Shown here: in pieces, positions 40,369-49,709 of the stretch | How positions within the stretch are numbered: the first letter of the stretch is position 1 | How the letters are laid out: every line of letters begins with the position of its first letter | From: Actinomycetota bacterium | GTDB lineage: Bacteria > Actinomycetota > UBA4738 | Assembly (NCBI GenBank): GCA_046726275.1 | Contig: JBKPAF010000081.1 | Location: forward strand, 857-64,856 | Reading direction: 5' to 3' | DNA length: 64,000 bases | The notes under the pieces: model-generated | Told to the model about the DNA's origin: nothing | Database searches by the model: none | The model's input: the letters and a program-made list of their open reading frames with translations, nothing else | Position numbers and translations under genes: made by a program

Positions 40369-41066
40369 TCAGAACCTCCCTTTTCTGTCTTAGCCTCCGT
40401 CTCCAGCCGGGGGGCTGCGCTCGGCTCCGCCTCGCTGCTTGAGCCCCCCGGACCCCCCTCAAGGGCGTCGAGAGCTTCGGCCGTAAACAGGACCCGGTCC
40501 GCGGCCAGAACGTCGTATGTGGAGAGGTTGCGTGGGTAGTCGATCTTCACGTAGGGCAGGTTCCGGAACGACTTCTCCACGGCCTCATCCCGGTCCGCCA
40601 GGACGAGGAGAATCTTGCCCTCGAGCTCCAAGGCTTCGAGGACACCGACCGCGTCCTTCGTGCGGGGGCCGTCGAACGCGAGACCCCCGATCACCGCGAG
40701 CTTGCCGCTCCGCGCGGCGTCGCTCAGCGCGGACCGCAGGGCGAGGCGCTTCATCCTCTTGTTCACCCGCATCTCGTAGTCGCGCGGCTTCGGACCGTGA
40801 GCCACGCCACCCCCCACCCACTGGGGTGCGCGGATCGATCCCTGCCGTGCTCGTCCCGTGCCCTTCTGGCGCCACGGCTTGCGACCACCACCTGCGACCT
40901 CGGCCCGGGTCTTGGTGGAATGCGTTCCGGCCCGGATCGCCGCGAGGCCCGCCACAACGACCTGGTGCATCAGCGGCGCGTTGACGGGGGCGTCGAAGAT
41001 GCCGGCCGGCAGCTCGCGCTTCTCGAGCACCTTTCCCTGCGCGTCCCGGACCTCGACCGTCGCCAT
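40365..41066 (-). CDS. rplD: 50S ribosomal protein L4
   Basis: [20 protein letters not shown]...[32 protein letters not shown] 41066 shares 1 nt with the rplC stop. The track ORF extends to 41630. Confidence 0.95.
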   Translation of the reverse strand: MATVEVRDAQGKVLEKRELPAGIFDAPVNAPLMHQVVVAGLAAIRAGTHSTKTRAEVAGGGRKPWRQKGTGRARQGSIRAPQWVGGGVAHGPKPRDYEMRVNKRMKRLALRSALSDAARSGKLAVIGGLAFDGPRTKDAVGVLEALELEGKILLVLADRDEAVEKSFRNLPYVKIDYPRNLSTYDVLAADRVLFTAEALDALEGGPGGSSSEAEPSAAPRLETEAKTEKGGSE

Positions 41067-41731
41067 CAGTGACGCCTCCTGCCGGTCTCGCCGGACTTGA
41101 CGCTCGACCGGACCATCACCAGGCCCCCGGTGGGGCCAGGTACCGCTCCTTTGAGCAGCAGGAGGTTGCGCTCGGGATCCGCCCCCACCACCTCGAGGTT
41201 CAGGACGGTCACTCGCTCGTTGCCCATCTGGCCGGCCATTCTCGTCCCGCGGAACACCCTGGACGGCGTGGCGCACGCTCCGATGGCACCCGGCGAGCGG
41301 TGCTTGCGCTCGGTGCCGTGGGAGGCTCCCATGCCGCCGAACCCGTGTCGCTGCATGGGGCCGGCGAATCCCTTTCCCTTGGACACCCCGACGACGTCGG
41401 TGTGCTCCCCGGGTTCGAAGATGTCGGCCTTGATCTCCTGGCCGAGCTCGTAGTCGGAGGCGGCCTCGGTGCGAAGCTCCACGAGGTGGCGCATCGGCTG
41501 CTTCAAACCCGCGCCGTCGAAGTGACCGGTGGTTGGCTTGTTGGACTTGCCCTTGCGGGCCTCGCCGAACGCCAGCTGGACGGCCTCGTACCCGTCCCGC
41601 GCTTTCGTCTTGACCTGCACCACGCGGCACGGGCCGGCCTGGATGACCGTGACCGGAACGGCCCGGGAGTCGTCAGTGAAGATCTGCGTCATCCCGAGCT
41701 TCGTCCCGAGGATACCCTTCGCCGCCGCCAT
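41066..41731 (-). CDS. rplC: 50S ribosomal protein L3
   Basis: [31 protein letters not shown]... Confidence 0.97.
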   Translation of the reverse strand: MAAAKGILGTKLGMTQIFTDDSRAVPVTVIQAGPCRVVQVKTKARDGYEAVQLAFGEARKGKSNKPTTGHFDGAGLKQPMRHLVELRTEAASDYELGQEIKADIFEPGEHTDVVGVSKGKGFAGPMQRHGFGGMGASHGTERKHRSPGAIGACATPSRVFRGTRMAGQMGNERVTVLNLEVVGADPERNLLLLKGAVPGPTGGLVMVRSSVKSGETGRRRH

Positions 41732-41743
41732 TTCCCTTCCCCG

Positions 41744-42052
41744 TTAGAGCTTGATCTCGATGTCCACCCCAGCCGACAGGTTCAGGCGCTGGAGCTCCTG
41801 CACCGTCTTGGAGGTGGCTTCCATGATGTCGATGAGCCGCTTGTGGGTGAGCATCTGGAAGTGCTCGCGGCTGTCCTTGTCCTTGTGAGGGCCGCGGATG
41901 ACCGTGTACAGGTTCCGCTCGGTGGGAAGGGGAACCGGCCCCACCACCTTGGCCCCTGTGCGGATCACGTGATCAACGATCTCCCGGGCGGCCTGATCGA
42001 GGATCTCGTGGTCGTAGGCCCGCAACTTGATCCGGATCCTCGGCGCCGCCAT
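41744..42052 (-). CDS. rpsJ: 30S ribosomal protein S10
   Basis: [44 protein letters not shown]... from ATG 42052, 102 aa. The track ORF extends to 42169. Confidence 0.96.
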   Translation of the reverse strand: MAAPRIRIKLRAYDHEILDQAAREIVDHVIRTGAKVVGPVPLPTERNLYTVIRGPHKDKDSREHFQMLTHKRLIDIMEATSKTVQELQRLNLSAGVDIEIKL

Positions 42053-42294
42053 CACGCACCACCCTGGTTGCGCGAGACCGGGCGAGCCTGATCGCTCAAG
42101 CGGGCGAAGCGCTCCGCCACGCGCTCCGCGAAGTAGTGCTCTTCGCGATGGGCCTTGACCTGTTCCCACACATCGGGACAGTCGGCGTCACCAAGCTCGA
42201 GCACCTCCCGCACCGCCCGATCGAGGGCGCGCTTGTCTGCGGCCGAGGGATCGGCCGGGAGGAGCTCGGCGAGGTGACGCGTGTAGCAGCTCAC
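42052..42294 (-). CDS. Hypothetical 80-aa protein between tuf and rpsJ
   Basis: Track ORF: [80 protein letters not shown]. The GTG start overlaps the tuf stop (GTGA). Its TGA shares 1 nt with the rpsJ ATG (TGATG). By my count about 80% of third positions are G or C, as in the neighbouring genes. I recognise no family. Confidence 0.6.
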   Translation of the reverse strand: MSCYTRHLAELLPADPSAADKRALDRAVREVLELGDADCPDVWEQVKAHREEHYFAERVAERFARLSDQARPVSRNQGGA

Positions 42295-43475
42295 TTGAGG
42301 ATCTTCGTGACCCTTCCGGCGCCGACGGTCCGGCCACCCTCGCGGATGGCGAACCGAAGTCCCTCCTCCATGGCGATCGGTGCGATCAGCTCGACCTCCA
42401 TGGTGGTGTTGTCCCCCGGCATGACCATCTCGGTGCCTTCGGCGAGCTTGATGGTCCCCGTCACGTCGGTCGTACGGAAGTAGAACTGCGGCCGGTAGTT
42501 GGTGAAGAACGGCGTGTGCCGGCCACCCTCTTCCTTGGACAGGACGTAGACCTGCGACTCGAACTCGGTGTGTGGGGTGATGGAGCCCGGCTTGGCAAGG
42601 ACCTGGCCACGCTCGACCTCGTCCTTGTCGATGCCCCGGAGCAGGACGCCGACGTTGTCCCCGGCCTGGACCTCGTCCAGGAGCTTGCGGAACATCTCCA
42701 GGTCGGTCGCGACCGTCTTCCGCGTGGGCTTGATGCCGACGATCTCGACCTCCTCCATCTTCTTCAGCTGTCCGCGCTCGACCCGGCCGGTGACGACCGT
42801 GCCGCGGCCGGTGATCGAGAAGACGTCCTCGACCGGCATGAGGAACGGCTTGTCGACGTCACGCACAGGCTCGGGGATGAAGTTGTCGCACGCCTCCATG
42901 AGCTCGAGGATCTGGCCCTTGGCCTCCTCGTCCCCCTCGAGCGCCTTCAGCGCGGAAACCCGGATCACCGGGACGTCCTCGCCGGGGAACTCGTAGGAAG
43001 AGAGCAGCTCCCGGACCTCCAGCTCCACCAGGTCCAGCAGCTCCGGGTCGTCCACCATGTCCACCTTGTTCAGGGCCACGACGATGTAGGGCACGTTTAC
43101 CTGCCGGGCCAGGAGGACGTGCTCCCGGGTCTGGGGCATGGGACCGTCGGCCGCGGACACCACGAGGATGGCGCCATCCATCTGGGCGGCCCCGGTGATC
43201 ATGTTCTTGATGTAGTCGGCGTGCCCGGGGCAGTCCACGTGGGCGTAGTGCCTCTTGTCGGTCTGGTACTCCACGTGGGCGATGGCGATGGTGATGCCGC
43301 GCTCCTTCTCCTCGGGAGCCTTGTCGATCGCGTCGAACGGGGTGAAATCGGCCAGGCCCTTCTCCGCCAGCACCTTGGTGATGGCGGCCGTGAGCGTGGT
43401 CTTGCCGTGGTCGATGTGGCCGATCGTCCCGATGTTGACGTGCGGCTTCGTCCGCTCGAACTTCTTCTTGGCCAT
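42291..43475 (-). CDS. tuf: Elongation factor Tu
   Basis: [32 protein letters not shown]...[26 protein letters not shown]. Confidence 0.99.
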   Translation of the reverse strand: MAKKKFERTKPHVNIGTIGHIDHGKTTLTAAITKVLAEKGLADFTPFDAIDKAPEEKERGITIAIAHVEYQTDKRHYAHVDCPGHADYIKNMITGAAQMDGAILVVSAADGPMPQTREHVLLARQVNVPYIVVALNKVDMVDDPELLDLVELEVRELLSSYEFPGEDVPVIRVSALKALEGDEEAKGQILELMEACDNFIPEPVRDVDKPFLMPVEDVFSITGRGTVVTGRVERGQLKKMEEVEIVGIKPTRKTVATDLEMFRKLLDEVQAGDNVGVLLRGIDKDEVERGQVLAKPGSITPHTEFESQVYVLSKEEGGRHTPFFTNYRPQFYFRTTDVTGTIKLAEGTEMVMPGDNTTMEVELIAPIAMEEGLRFAIREGGRTVGAGRVTKILK

Positions 43476-43502
43476 CTCCTCTCCTTCCGGGCCCTCGGCC
43501 CT

Positions 43503-45641
43503 TTACTCCCCTCGAACCTTCGCCACGATCTCTCGAGAGATCTGCGACGGGACCTCTTGATACGCGTGCAGCTGCATCGGGGTATGCGAGGCTCGCCCTT
43601 GCGTCCTCGACCTCAGGTCGGTGGCGTAGCCGAACAGCTCGGCCAACGGGACCAGCACCCGGACGGCCCGCATCCCAGAGCGCTCGTCGATGTGCTCGAT
43701 CCGGCCGCGACGGGCGGTGACGTCACCCAGGACCTCGCCCATGAACTCCTCGGGCGTCAGCACCTCGAACGACATCACCGGCTCGAGGAGGACCGGGTCC
43801 GCCTTGCGCGCCGCGTCCCGGAAGGCCATCTGCCCGGCGATCTTGAAGGCGATCTCCGAGGAGTCCACCTCATGGTACGACCCGTCCACCAGCGTCGCCC
43901 GCATGTCGACCATGGGGTATCCCGCAAGCACCCCGGACTCCATGGCCTCCTGGATGCCCTGATCCACGGACGGGATGAACTCCCGCGGGATGGTCCCGCC
44001 CACGATCTTGTTGACGAACTCGTAGCCCCCGCCGGGACCGGTCGGCTCGAGGTCGACGACCACGTGACCGTACTGACCGCGGCCTCCCGTCTGACGGACG
44101 TACCGGGCCTCCACCTTGTGGACCGGCTTGCGGATGGTCTCGCGGTAGGCCACCTGGGGCTTGCCCACGTTGGCTCCCACGTTGAATTCCCTGGTCAGGC
44201 GGTCGATCAGGACCTCCAAGTGGAGCTCGCCCATGCCCGAGATCAGGGTCTGCCCGGTCTCGTCATCGAACTTCACCTGGAAGGTGGGGTCCTCGTCCGC
44301 CAGCTTGGCCAGCGCGTTCGACAGCTTGTCCTGATCGGCCTTGGTCTTCGGCTCGATGGCGACGGACACCACCGGGGTGGGGAAGGTCATGGCCTCCAGG
44401 ATCACCGGGTTGGCCGGATCGCACAGGGTGTCACCGGTGGTGGTGTGCTTCAGCCCGACCACCGCCATGATCTCTCCGGTGAACGCGGCCTCCTTGTCCT
44501 CACGGTGGTTGGCGTGCATCTGGAGGATCCGGCCGATCCGCTCCTTGCGATCCTTGGTCGAGTTCTCCACGTGCGCCCCGGTCCGGACCATCCCGGAGTA
44601 GACCCGGATGTAGGTGAGCCTCCCGACGTAGGGATCGGACATGATCTTGAAAGCGAGCGCCGAGAACGGCTCCTCGTCGCTGGGCTGTCGAACCACTTCT
44701 TCGCCGTCCGGCCCGATCACCCGGACCGCTGGCACGTCTACCGGCGACGGCAGGTAGGCCACGACCGCGTCGAGGAGCGGCTGGATCGCCTTGTTCTTGA
44801 ACGCCGACCCGCACAGCACCGGAGTGCCTTCCACGGCCAGCGTGGCTCGACGGACGGCCCGCCCGAGCTCGTCGGCCGTGGGCTCCTCCTCATGGACGTA
44901 CTTCTGCATGAGCTCGGGGTCGTGGTCCGCCAGCTGCTCGAAGAGGCGATGCCTCCACTCGGCGGCGGACGCCCGAAGTTCCCCCGGGATCTCAACCGTC
45001 TCCCACGATTCGCCCATCCCCTCCGCCCACTTCAGGCCCTTCATCTCGATGAGGTCCACCACGCCCACGAAGGAGCTCTCCACGCCCCAGGGCAACTGGA
45101 TCACCAGAGGAACGGCGTGGAGGCGATCCTCGATCATCCGGACGGTTCGCTCGAAGTCCGCGCCGACCCGGTCCATCTTGTTCACGAACGAGATCCGAGG
45201 GACGTGATACCGGTCCGCCTGGCGCCACACGGTCTCGCTCTGGGGCTCGACCCCGGCCACCGCGTCGAAAATGGCGATCGCACCGTCGAGGACCCGCAGG
45301 CTCCGCTCGACCTCGACGGTGAAGTCGACGTGCCCGGGGGTGTCGATGATGTTGATCCAGTGGTCCTTCCACAGGCATGTGGTGGCGGCCGACGTGATGG
45401 TGATGCCACGCTCACGTTCCTGGACCATCCAGTCCATCTGCGCGGTGCCTTCGTGGACCTCGCCGACCTTGTAGGACTTGCCCGTGTAGTACAGGATCCG
45501 CTCGGTGGTCGTGGTCTTGCCCGCGTCGATGTGGGCCATGATCCCGATGTTGCGGGTGCGGACGAGCGGGTATTCCCGGATGACCAGGGACTTCCCTGGC
45601 CCGGACTGGGCCCTTCCCGCTTCCTTTGCCGCCTGTGCCAT
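43503..45641 (-). CDS. fusA: Elongation factor G
   Basis: [25 protein letters not shown]...[11 protein letters not shown]. The start is placed at ATG 45641 (GAGGAAG 9 nt upstream). The track ORF starts at 45671. Confidence 0.97.
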   Translation of the reverse strand: MAQAAKEAGRAQSGPGKSLVIREYPLVRTRNIGIMAHIDAGKTTTTERILYYTGKSYKVGEVHEGTAQMDWMVQERERGITITSAATTCLWKDHWINIIDTPGHVDFTVEVERSLRVLDGAIAIFDAVAGVEPQSETVWRQADRYHVPRISFVNKMDRVGADFERTVRMIEDRLHAVPLVIQLPWGVESSFVGVVDLIEMKGLKWAEGMGESWETVEIPGELRASAAEWRHRLFEQLADHDPELMQKYVHEEEPTADELGRAVRRATLAVEGTPVLCGSAFKNKAIQPLLDAVVAYLPSPVDVPAVRVIGPDGEEVVRQPSDEEPFSALAFKIMSDPYVGRLTYIRVYSGMVRTGAHVENSTKDRKERIGRILQMHANHREDKEAAFTGEIMAVVGLKHTTTGDTLCDPANPVILEAMTFPTPVVSVAIEPKTKADQDKLSNALAKLADEDPTFQVKFDDETGQTLISGMGELHLEVLIDRLTREFNVGANVGKPQVAYRETIRKPVHKVEARYVRQTGGRGQYGHVVVDLEPTGPGGGYEFVNKIVGGTIPREFIPSVDQGIQEAMESGVLAGYPMVDMRATLVDGSYHEVDSSEIAFKIAGQMAFRDAARKADPVLLEPVMSFEVLTPEEFMGEVLGDVTARRGRIEHIDERSGMRAVRVLVPLAELFGYATDLRSRTQGRASHTPMQLHAYQEVPSQISREIVAKVRGE

Positions 45642-45732
45642 GTCGTTCAGCTTCCTCGCCGGGGCGCTCACCGGAGGCCACCCCCACGGAACGCCGGACC
45701 CTCCGCGGGCCCGGCCACGTCTTTCGTCTCGC

Positions 45733-46203
45733 TTACCACCGGTAGTGCGCGAACGCCTTGTTCGCCTCGGCCATCTTGTGCATGTCCTCCCGGCGCTTCA
45801 CCGCAGCTCCCTGCCCGCCGGCCGCGTCCATGATCTCCCCCACCAGACGATCGGCCATGGAGTGCTCGCGGCGGGCTCTGGCGTAGTTCACGAGCCACCG
45901 CAGCGCCAGGGTCGTCCCCCGATGAGGTCGCACCTCCACGGGCACCTGATAGGAGGCTCCACCCACCCGCCGGGACCTCGTCTCGAGGAGCGGCCGGGCG
46001 TTCTCCACGGCCTTGCGCAGCGTGATCACAGGATCGTTCGCCGTTCGCTCGCTGATGATCTCCAGGGCCCGGTACACGGTCCGTTCGGCCAGCTGCTTCT
46101 TCCCGTTGGACAGGATCTTGTTGATCAGCTGCGTGACGAGCGGGTTCTGATAGATCGGATCCGGGTGGATCTCGCGCTTGGTCGCTGGTCCCTTCCGAGG
46201 CAT
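45733..46203 (-). CDS. rpsG: 30S ribosomal protein S7
   Basis: [31 protein letters not shown]... Confidence 0.97.
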   Translation of the reverse strand: MPRKGPATKREIHPDPIYQNPLVTQLINKILSNGKKQLAERTVYRALEIISERTANDPVITLRKAVENARPLLETRSRRVGGASYQVPVEVRPHRGTTLALRWLVNYARARREHSMADRLVGEIMDAAGGQGAAVKRREDMHKMAEANKAFAHYRW

Positions 46204-46213
46204 CGCGGACTCC

Positions 46214-46585
46214 TTATGCGCTGGCCTTGGCGCCGTACCGGGACCGCGCTTTCTTCCGATCCCGTACGCCGGCCGTGTCCAGCGTTCCGCGGATGACCTT
46301 GTAGCGGACGCCGGGCAGGTCCTTCACCCGGCCACCTCGCACGAGCACGATGGAGTGCTCCTGGAGGTTGTGGCCGATGCCGGGGATGTAGGCGGTGACC
46401 TCGATCCCCGAGGTCAGACGGACCCTGGCGACCTTCCGAAGGGCCGAATTCGGCTTCTTGGGAGTGGTGGTGTAGACCCGCGTGCAGACGCCACGCCGCT
46501 GCGGAGAGCCCCTGAGCGCTGGGCTCTTCGTCTTGGTGCGCGGGCGTTGACGCCCGCTCCTGACCAACTGATGTACGGTCGGCAT
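46214..46585 (-). CDS. rpsL: 30S ribosomal protein S12
   Basis: [55 protein letters not shown]... Confidence 0.98.
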   Translation of the reverse strand: MPTVHQLVRSGRQRPRTKTKSPALRGSPQRRGVCTRVYTTTPKKPNSALRKVARVRLTSGIEVTAYIPGIGHNLQEHSIVLVRGGRVKDLPGVRYKVIRGTLDTAGVRDRKKARSRYGAKASA

Positions 46586-46743
46586 GGCTCTCTCGTCTGC
46601 ACTCTTCTCGCCTGTTCGCCCCGTCCGAGTCCGCGTGAAGGCTGGAACCCAAGTCCCGGCCCAGGGAGCACTACCAACGAGCTCCCTTAGGGGTCATTCG
46701 GTGGCACGTCAAACGGTCCGGCTCATCCGAACCGCAACAGGAG

Positions 46744-46773
46744 ATGCTACTGATTGGTGAGTACCACTGTCAA
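46744..46773 (-). promoter_or_regulatory. Candidate promoter of rpsL-rpsG-fusA-tuf
   Basis: Minus strand reads TTGACA-N18-TAGCAT. This would give a leader of about 155 nt. Confidence 0.4.
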
Positions 46774-46855
46774 CGCGGCGACCTGCGGAAACGGGCCCCG
46801 GATGAACGGCCCGAACCCGCGAAGGTTCCGGATCCGGGCCTCCACAGGGCCCTAC

Positions 46856-49207
46856 TCAGACGGCAGAGACCGCCAGCGCGTCGATCGCCACCGGCTTCCC
46901 CGAGCTGTTCACCACGATCTTTACCGTGCCGGTCTGCACGGAGCCGAAGGTGATCATGTGCAGGTACACCTTCTTCCGGGTGCTCCCCGCGTTCAGGGAG
47001 TACGTACGCTTCAGGGAGCCGTTCCAGTACAGCTTGATGCTCCCGCACCCGCGGCACTTCATGACCATGACGTAGATCTGCTTGGCCCGGACGCCCGTCC
47101 GGGTCAGGAACTTCCCGAACGAGGTCGTTCGGGTGTAGGTGTTGTTGAAGAACCCACTCCCATTGAGCCTGGACCACCCGCTCGAGGGCGTGAGCCCACG
47201 GTCGTCGAGCGGAACCACCGCGCACCGCTCCGCGGTGAACCCCCACGGCCTGGGCCCGCCGGCGGTGTCGTCGTAGGACTGGGCCGAGAAGCAGTACGTG
47301 TGCCCGAACGAGCCGGTGAAGGTGGCACCCCCGGCCGGGGCCTGCTCCCGCCACAGGATGGGCGCGCCGAAGCTGCCGTTCCAGGGGGCATCCCGGTACC
47401 GCACGTCGGCGGCGGAGGCCTGGTTGCCCAGGAACCAGTTCACCGGGAAGGACTTGCCCTTCTGGTACTTGGTTACCGGCCCGTTGAGGATCACAAACGG
47501 CACCGGGTTGGTGCCCCAGTTGTACGTGCGCCAGTCGATGTCGTCTGCGTCGTTGCTGGCCACGTTCCATTGGTTCGTCAGCCAGATCCGGCCGTGGTTG
47601 GACCACAAGTTCGACGCCGGGTCAGGCACGGCGCCCGAGTAGTCACCCCACCGACAGATGTTGCAGCTGAAGTCCTCGTTGAACCCGGGGGAGGCCTTGA
47701 CCTCCACGAACCCCGACGGGGCGTAGTCCCTCCACTGGGACACCATCTGGATGCGGACGAAGTCTGAGGCCGAGGAGGTGTTGAACCCGACCACGAAGGC
47801 GTCGCCGAACCGCTTGGTCGCCCCGCTCACCTTACGGTCGGAGGAGATCGCCGCGTTGAACGTGTACAGGGAACCATCCGAGACCTCCCCCGAACGCATG
47901 GGGTCGCCGGCTCCGTGGTCGATCTCGTACCACCGCACCTCGCTGCGGGTGCCCCCGCCCACCGTGTGCTGGGTCCAGATGGCCGTCTTGCTGTTCGAGG
48001 GGTCGAAGCCCGACACGGCCTGGGTCAATCGGGCGTCCAGCGTGTCCAGCAGGGCCCCCGTCCCCGGCTGGGGAGCGTTCGGCGGCGGCGAGAAATCCGA
48101 CACCGGGTGGGCCACCGGCGCACCCACGGGGTTGGTGAAGCTCGTCGACACGGCGTAGGAGTCGACGAAGGTGTCCCCGACCGTGGAGGTGGCCACCACG
48201 TACCCCGTCGCGCTGGTGTCCGTTTGGTTTGCGGGCACTGGGGTGAAGGCGTCGAAGCCGTCGCTGGACTGCAGGGGGTCGGGCAGGTGGTTCGCGGCCA
48301 GCGCTGGGCACCCGGTCCCTGGGCCCGGTTTGGTGATCCACGCGATGTCCGCCCCGACGAACTGCAACGTCGCCGTGTCGAACAGGTTCGATCCGATCAA
48401 GAGGAAGGCACTATTGTCTCCCAGCTTCGGATAGTCGGGGAGAACGTCGAAGGGAGGATCGGGGGGGATCGTGGGGAAATAGGGGAGGGAGTACTTGCAC
48501 CAGTTCGTCCCGGTGCCGTTGCTGGGTGACGACGTCCTACTGAACCCGATGTATAGACGGTTCTCCGGGTTGGGGGCACCGGGTGGACTCTCGCAGTTAT
48601 CGCCCAGGAAGTGGCTGAACTCCAGGGCCACGTAGTAGAAGCGGTTGGTCTGCGGGTCCCAGATGACCTGGGGGTCCGTTACACAATCGGTGTTGGCCCC
48701 GAGGAGGCTGCGCAGCCCGCCCTGCCCCAGCACCCCGCCGATGCGGTCGTAGATTCCGAACCTGTCGTTGACCAGCTGGATGTAGCGGCTCGGCCCGATG
48801 GCCCCTGTCGAGTCCGGAGGGGTTACAGCGAGGTCGGTCTGTCCGGTCCATGAAGGACCGATATCTGGATCGCCGCTTGCGATCAGGATGCCGGCCTTTG
48901 GAGTCCGGCTTGCCGTCGCAGTCGACTGTGCCCCCTGCCCGGCCCCAACTGCGGCCGCGGCCTTGACTTGCTCGTACCGAGCCTGGTTCGGCACCAGATA
49001 TCCCTGCCTCTGATAGAGCTTTGCGGCGGGGCTCATGGCTTTCGGCGTGCCGCGCCTCGGCTCGTTAGGCGAGGCTGCCTTGAGGATAACTGGACCGGAG
49101 TGACCGCCGGGCCAAGCTCGCGTGCCGGCTTGCTCAGCTGAGATGGCAGGTACAGTTAGGCCGGCCGCGAGCAGCAGCGTTCCGATCACGAGCGCAAGAC
49201 GTTTCAT
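46856..49207 (-). CDS. Secreted 783-aa protein: BNR/sialidase-fold-like central region plus C-terminal beta-sandwich modules
   Basis: Signal peptide MKRLALVIGTLLLAAGLTVPAISA. Motifs LPDYPKLGDN...GSNLFD and CRWGDYSGA are shared with the 61461-63071 protein. The C-terminal roughly 200 aa (VRYRDAPWNG...TYCFSAQSYDD...GKPVAIDALAV) look like Ig or carbohydrate-binding-type modules. Confidence 0.8.
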   Translation of the reverse strand: MKRLALVIGTLLLAAGLTVPAISAEQAGTRAWPGGHSGPVILKAASPNEPRRGTPKAMSPAAKLYQRQGYLVPNQARYEQVKAAAAVGAGQGAQSTATASRTPKAGILIASGDPDIGPSWTGQTDLAVTPPDSTGAIGPSRYIQLVNDRFGIYDRIGGVLGQGGLRSLLGANTDCVTDPQVIWDPQTNRFYYVALEFSHFLGDNCESPPGAPNPENRLYIGFSRTSSPSNGTGTNWCKYSLPYFPTIPPDPPFDVLPDYPKLGDNSAFLLIGSNLFDTATLQFVGADIAWITKPGPGTGCPALAANHLPDPLQSSDGFDAFTPVPANQTDTSATGYVVATSTVGDTFVDSYAVSTSFTNPVGAPVAHPVSDFSPPPNAPQPGTGALLDTLDARLTQAVSGFDPSNSKTAIWTQHTVGGGTRSEVRWYEIDHGAGDPMRSGEVSDGSLYTFNAAISSDRKVSGATKRFGDAFVVGFNTSSASDFVRIQMVSQWRDYAPSGFVEVKASPGFNEDFSCNICRWGDYSGAVPDPASNLWSNHGRIWLTNQWNVASNDADDIDWRTYNWGTNPVPFVILNGPVTKYQKGKSFPVNWFLGNQASAADVRYRDAPWNGSFGAPILWREQAPAGGATFTGSFGHTYCFSAQSYDDTAGGPRPWGFTAERCAVVPLDDRGLTPSSGWSRLNGSGFFNNTYTRTTSFGKFLTRTGVRAKQIYVMVMKCRGCGSIKLYWNGSLKRTYSLNAGSTRKKVYLHMITFGSVQTGTVKIVVNSSGKPVAIDALAVSAV

Positions 49208-49352
49208 CGATCCCCCCGATGTGAAGACGCCAGAGCTTACGGGGCGTCGCCGGACAGAGTGGGCGGGATTCTCTCACGGGCGAAGCGAGGCCGACAACGA
49301 ACTTTCGGGGGAGATCCCGGATAGGGCAAAAGCCCCACGCCGCGCGCGGCCC

Positions 49353-49709
49353 TTAGTATTCGCAGGAGACGCGGGGACCGATCCCTGGGCCATTGACGCA
49401 CGTGTCCGACCCCTGGCCACCGTTCATTTTGTCGTTGCCCGGTCCCCCGAATTCGGTGTCGGCGCCCCAGCCGCCGTATTCGATGTAGGTCACGGGATCA
49501 CTTCCCGTGCACGACCCCTGGCTCGAGCTCGTCGATACGAGCGTGACAGAGTCCGGCAGGTAGTTGATCAGTGCCACCCCTGTGGCCACACCGGGCCCAC
49601 CGTTCCGCACTGCCACCACGTAGGTGAGGCTCGCGTTCATCTTCAATGGGTCCGGAGAATCGGAGATTCGCAGGGGAAGATCGGCCGGAATCCCTATTTT
49701 TCGACGCAC
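49353..49709 (-). CDS. DUF11-like beta-sandwich plus three RTX nonapeptide repeats. Either a small independent ORF or a frameshifted C-terminal module of the upstream SpoIID-family gene.
   Basis: This is the 3' end of track ORF 49353-51497. ADLPLRISDSPDPLKMNASLTYVVAVRNGGPGVATGVALINYLPDSVTLVSTSSSQGSC is DUF11-type. It is followed by GGWGADTEF GGPGNDKMN GGQGSDTCV (GGxGxDxUx repeats). The only nearby start is GTG 49709, where GGGAGA lies only 0-1 nt upstream. There is no signal peptide. Confidence 0.5.
   Translation of the reverse strand: MRRKIGIPADLPLRISDSPDPLKMNASLTYVVAVRNGGPGVATGVALINYLPDSVTLVSTSSSQGSCTGSDPVTYIEYGGWGADTEFGGPGNDKMNGGQGSDTCVNGPGIGPRVSCEY

Noticed and set aside
42516-45833. 1105-aa plus-strand ORF, together with similar long ORFs at 54422-56983, 58612-60918 and 7596-8657
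   Set aside because: They run antisense to unmistakable tuf/fusA, rpoC, rpoB and epimerase genes. Their translations are Arg/Pro/Gly/Asp-rich low-complexity sequence, typical of stop-poor antisense frames in high-GC DNA.
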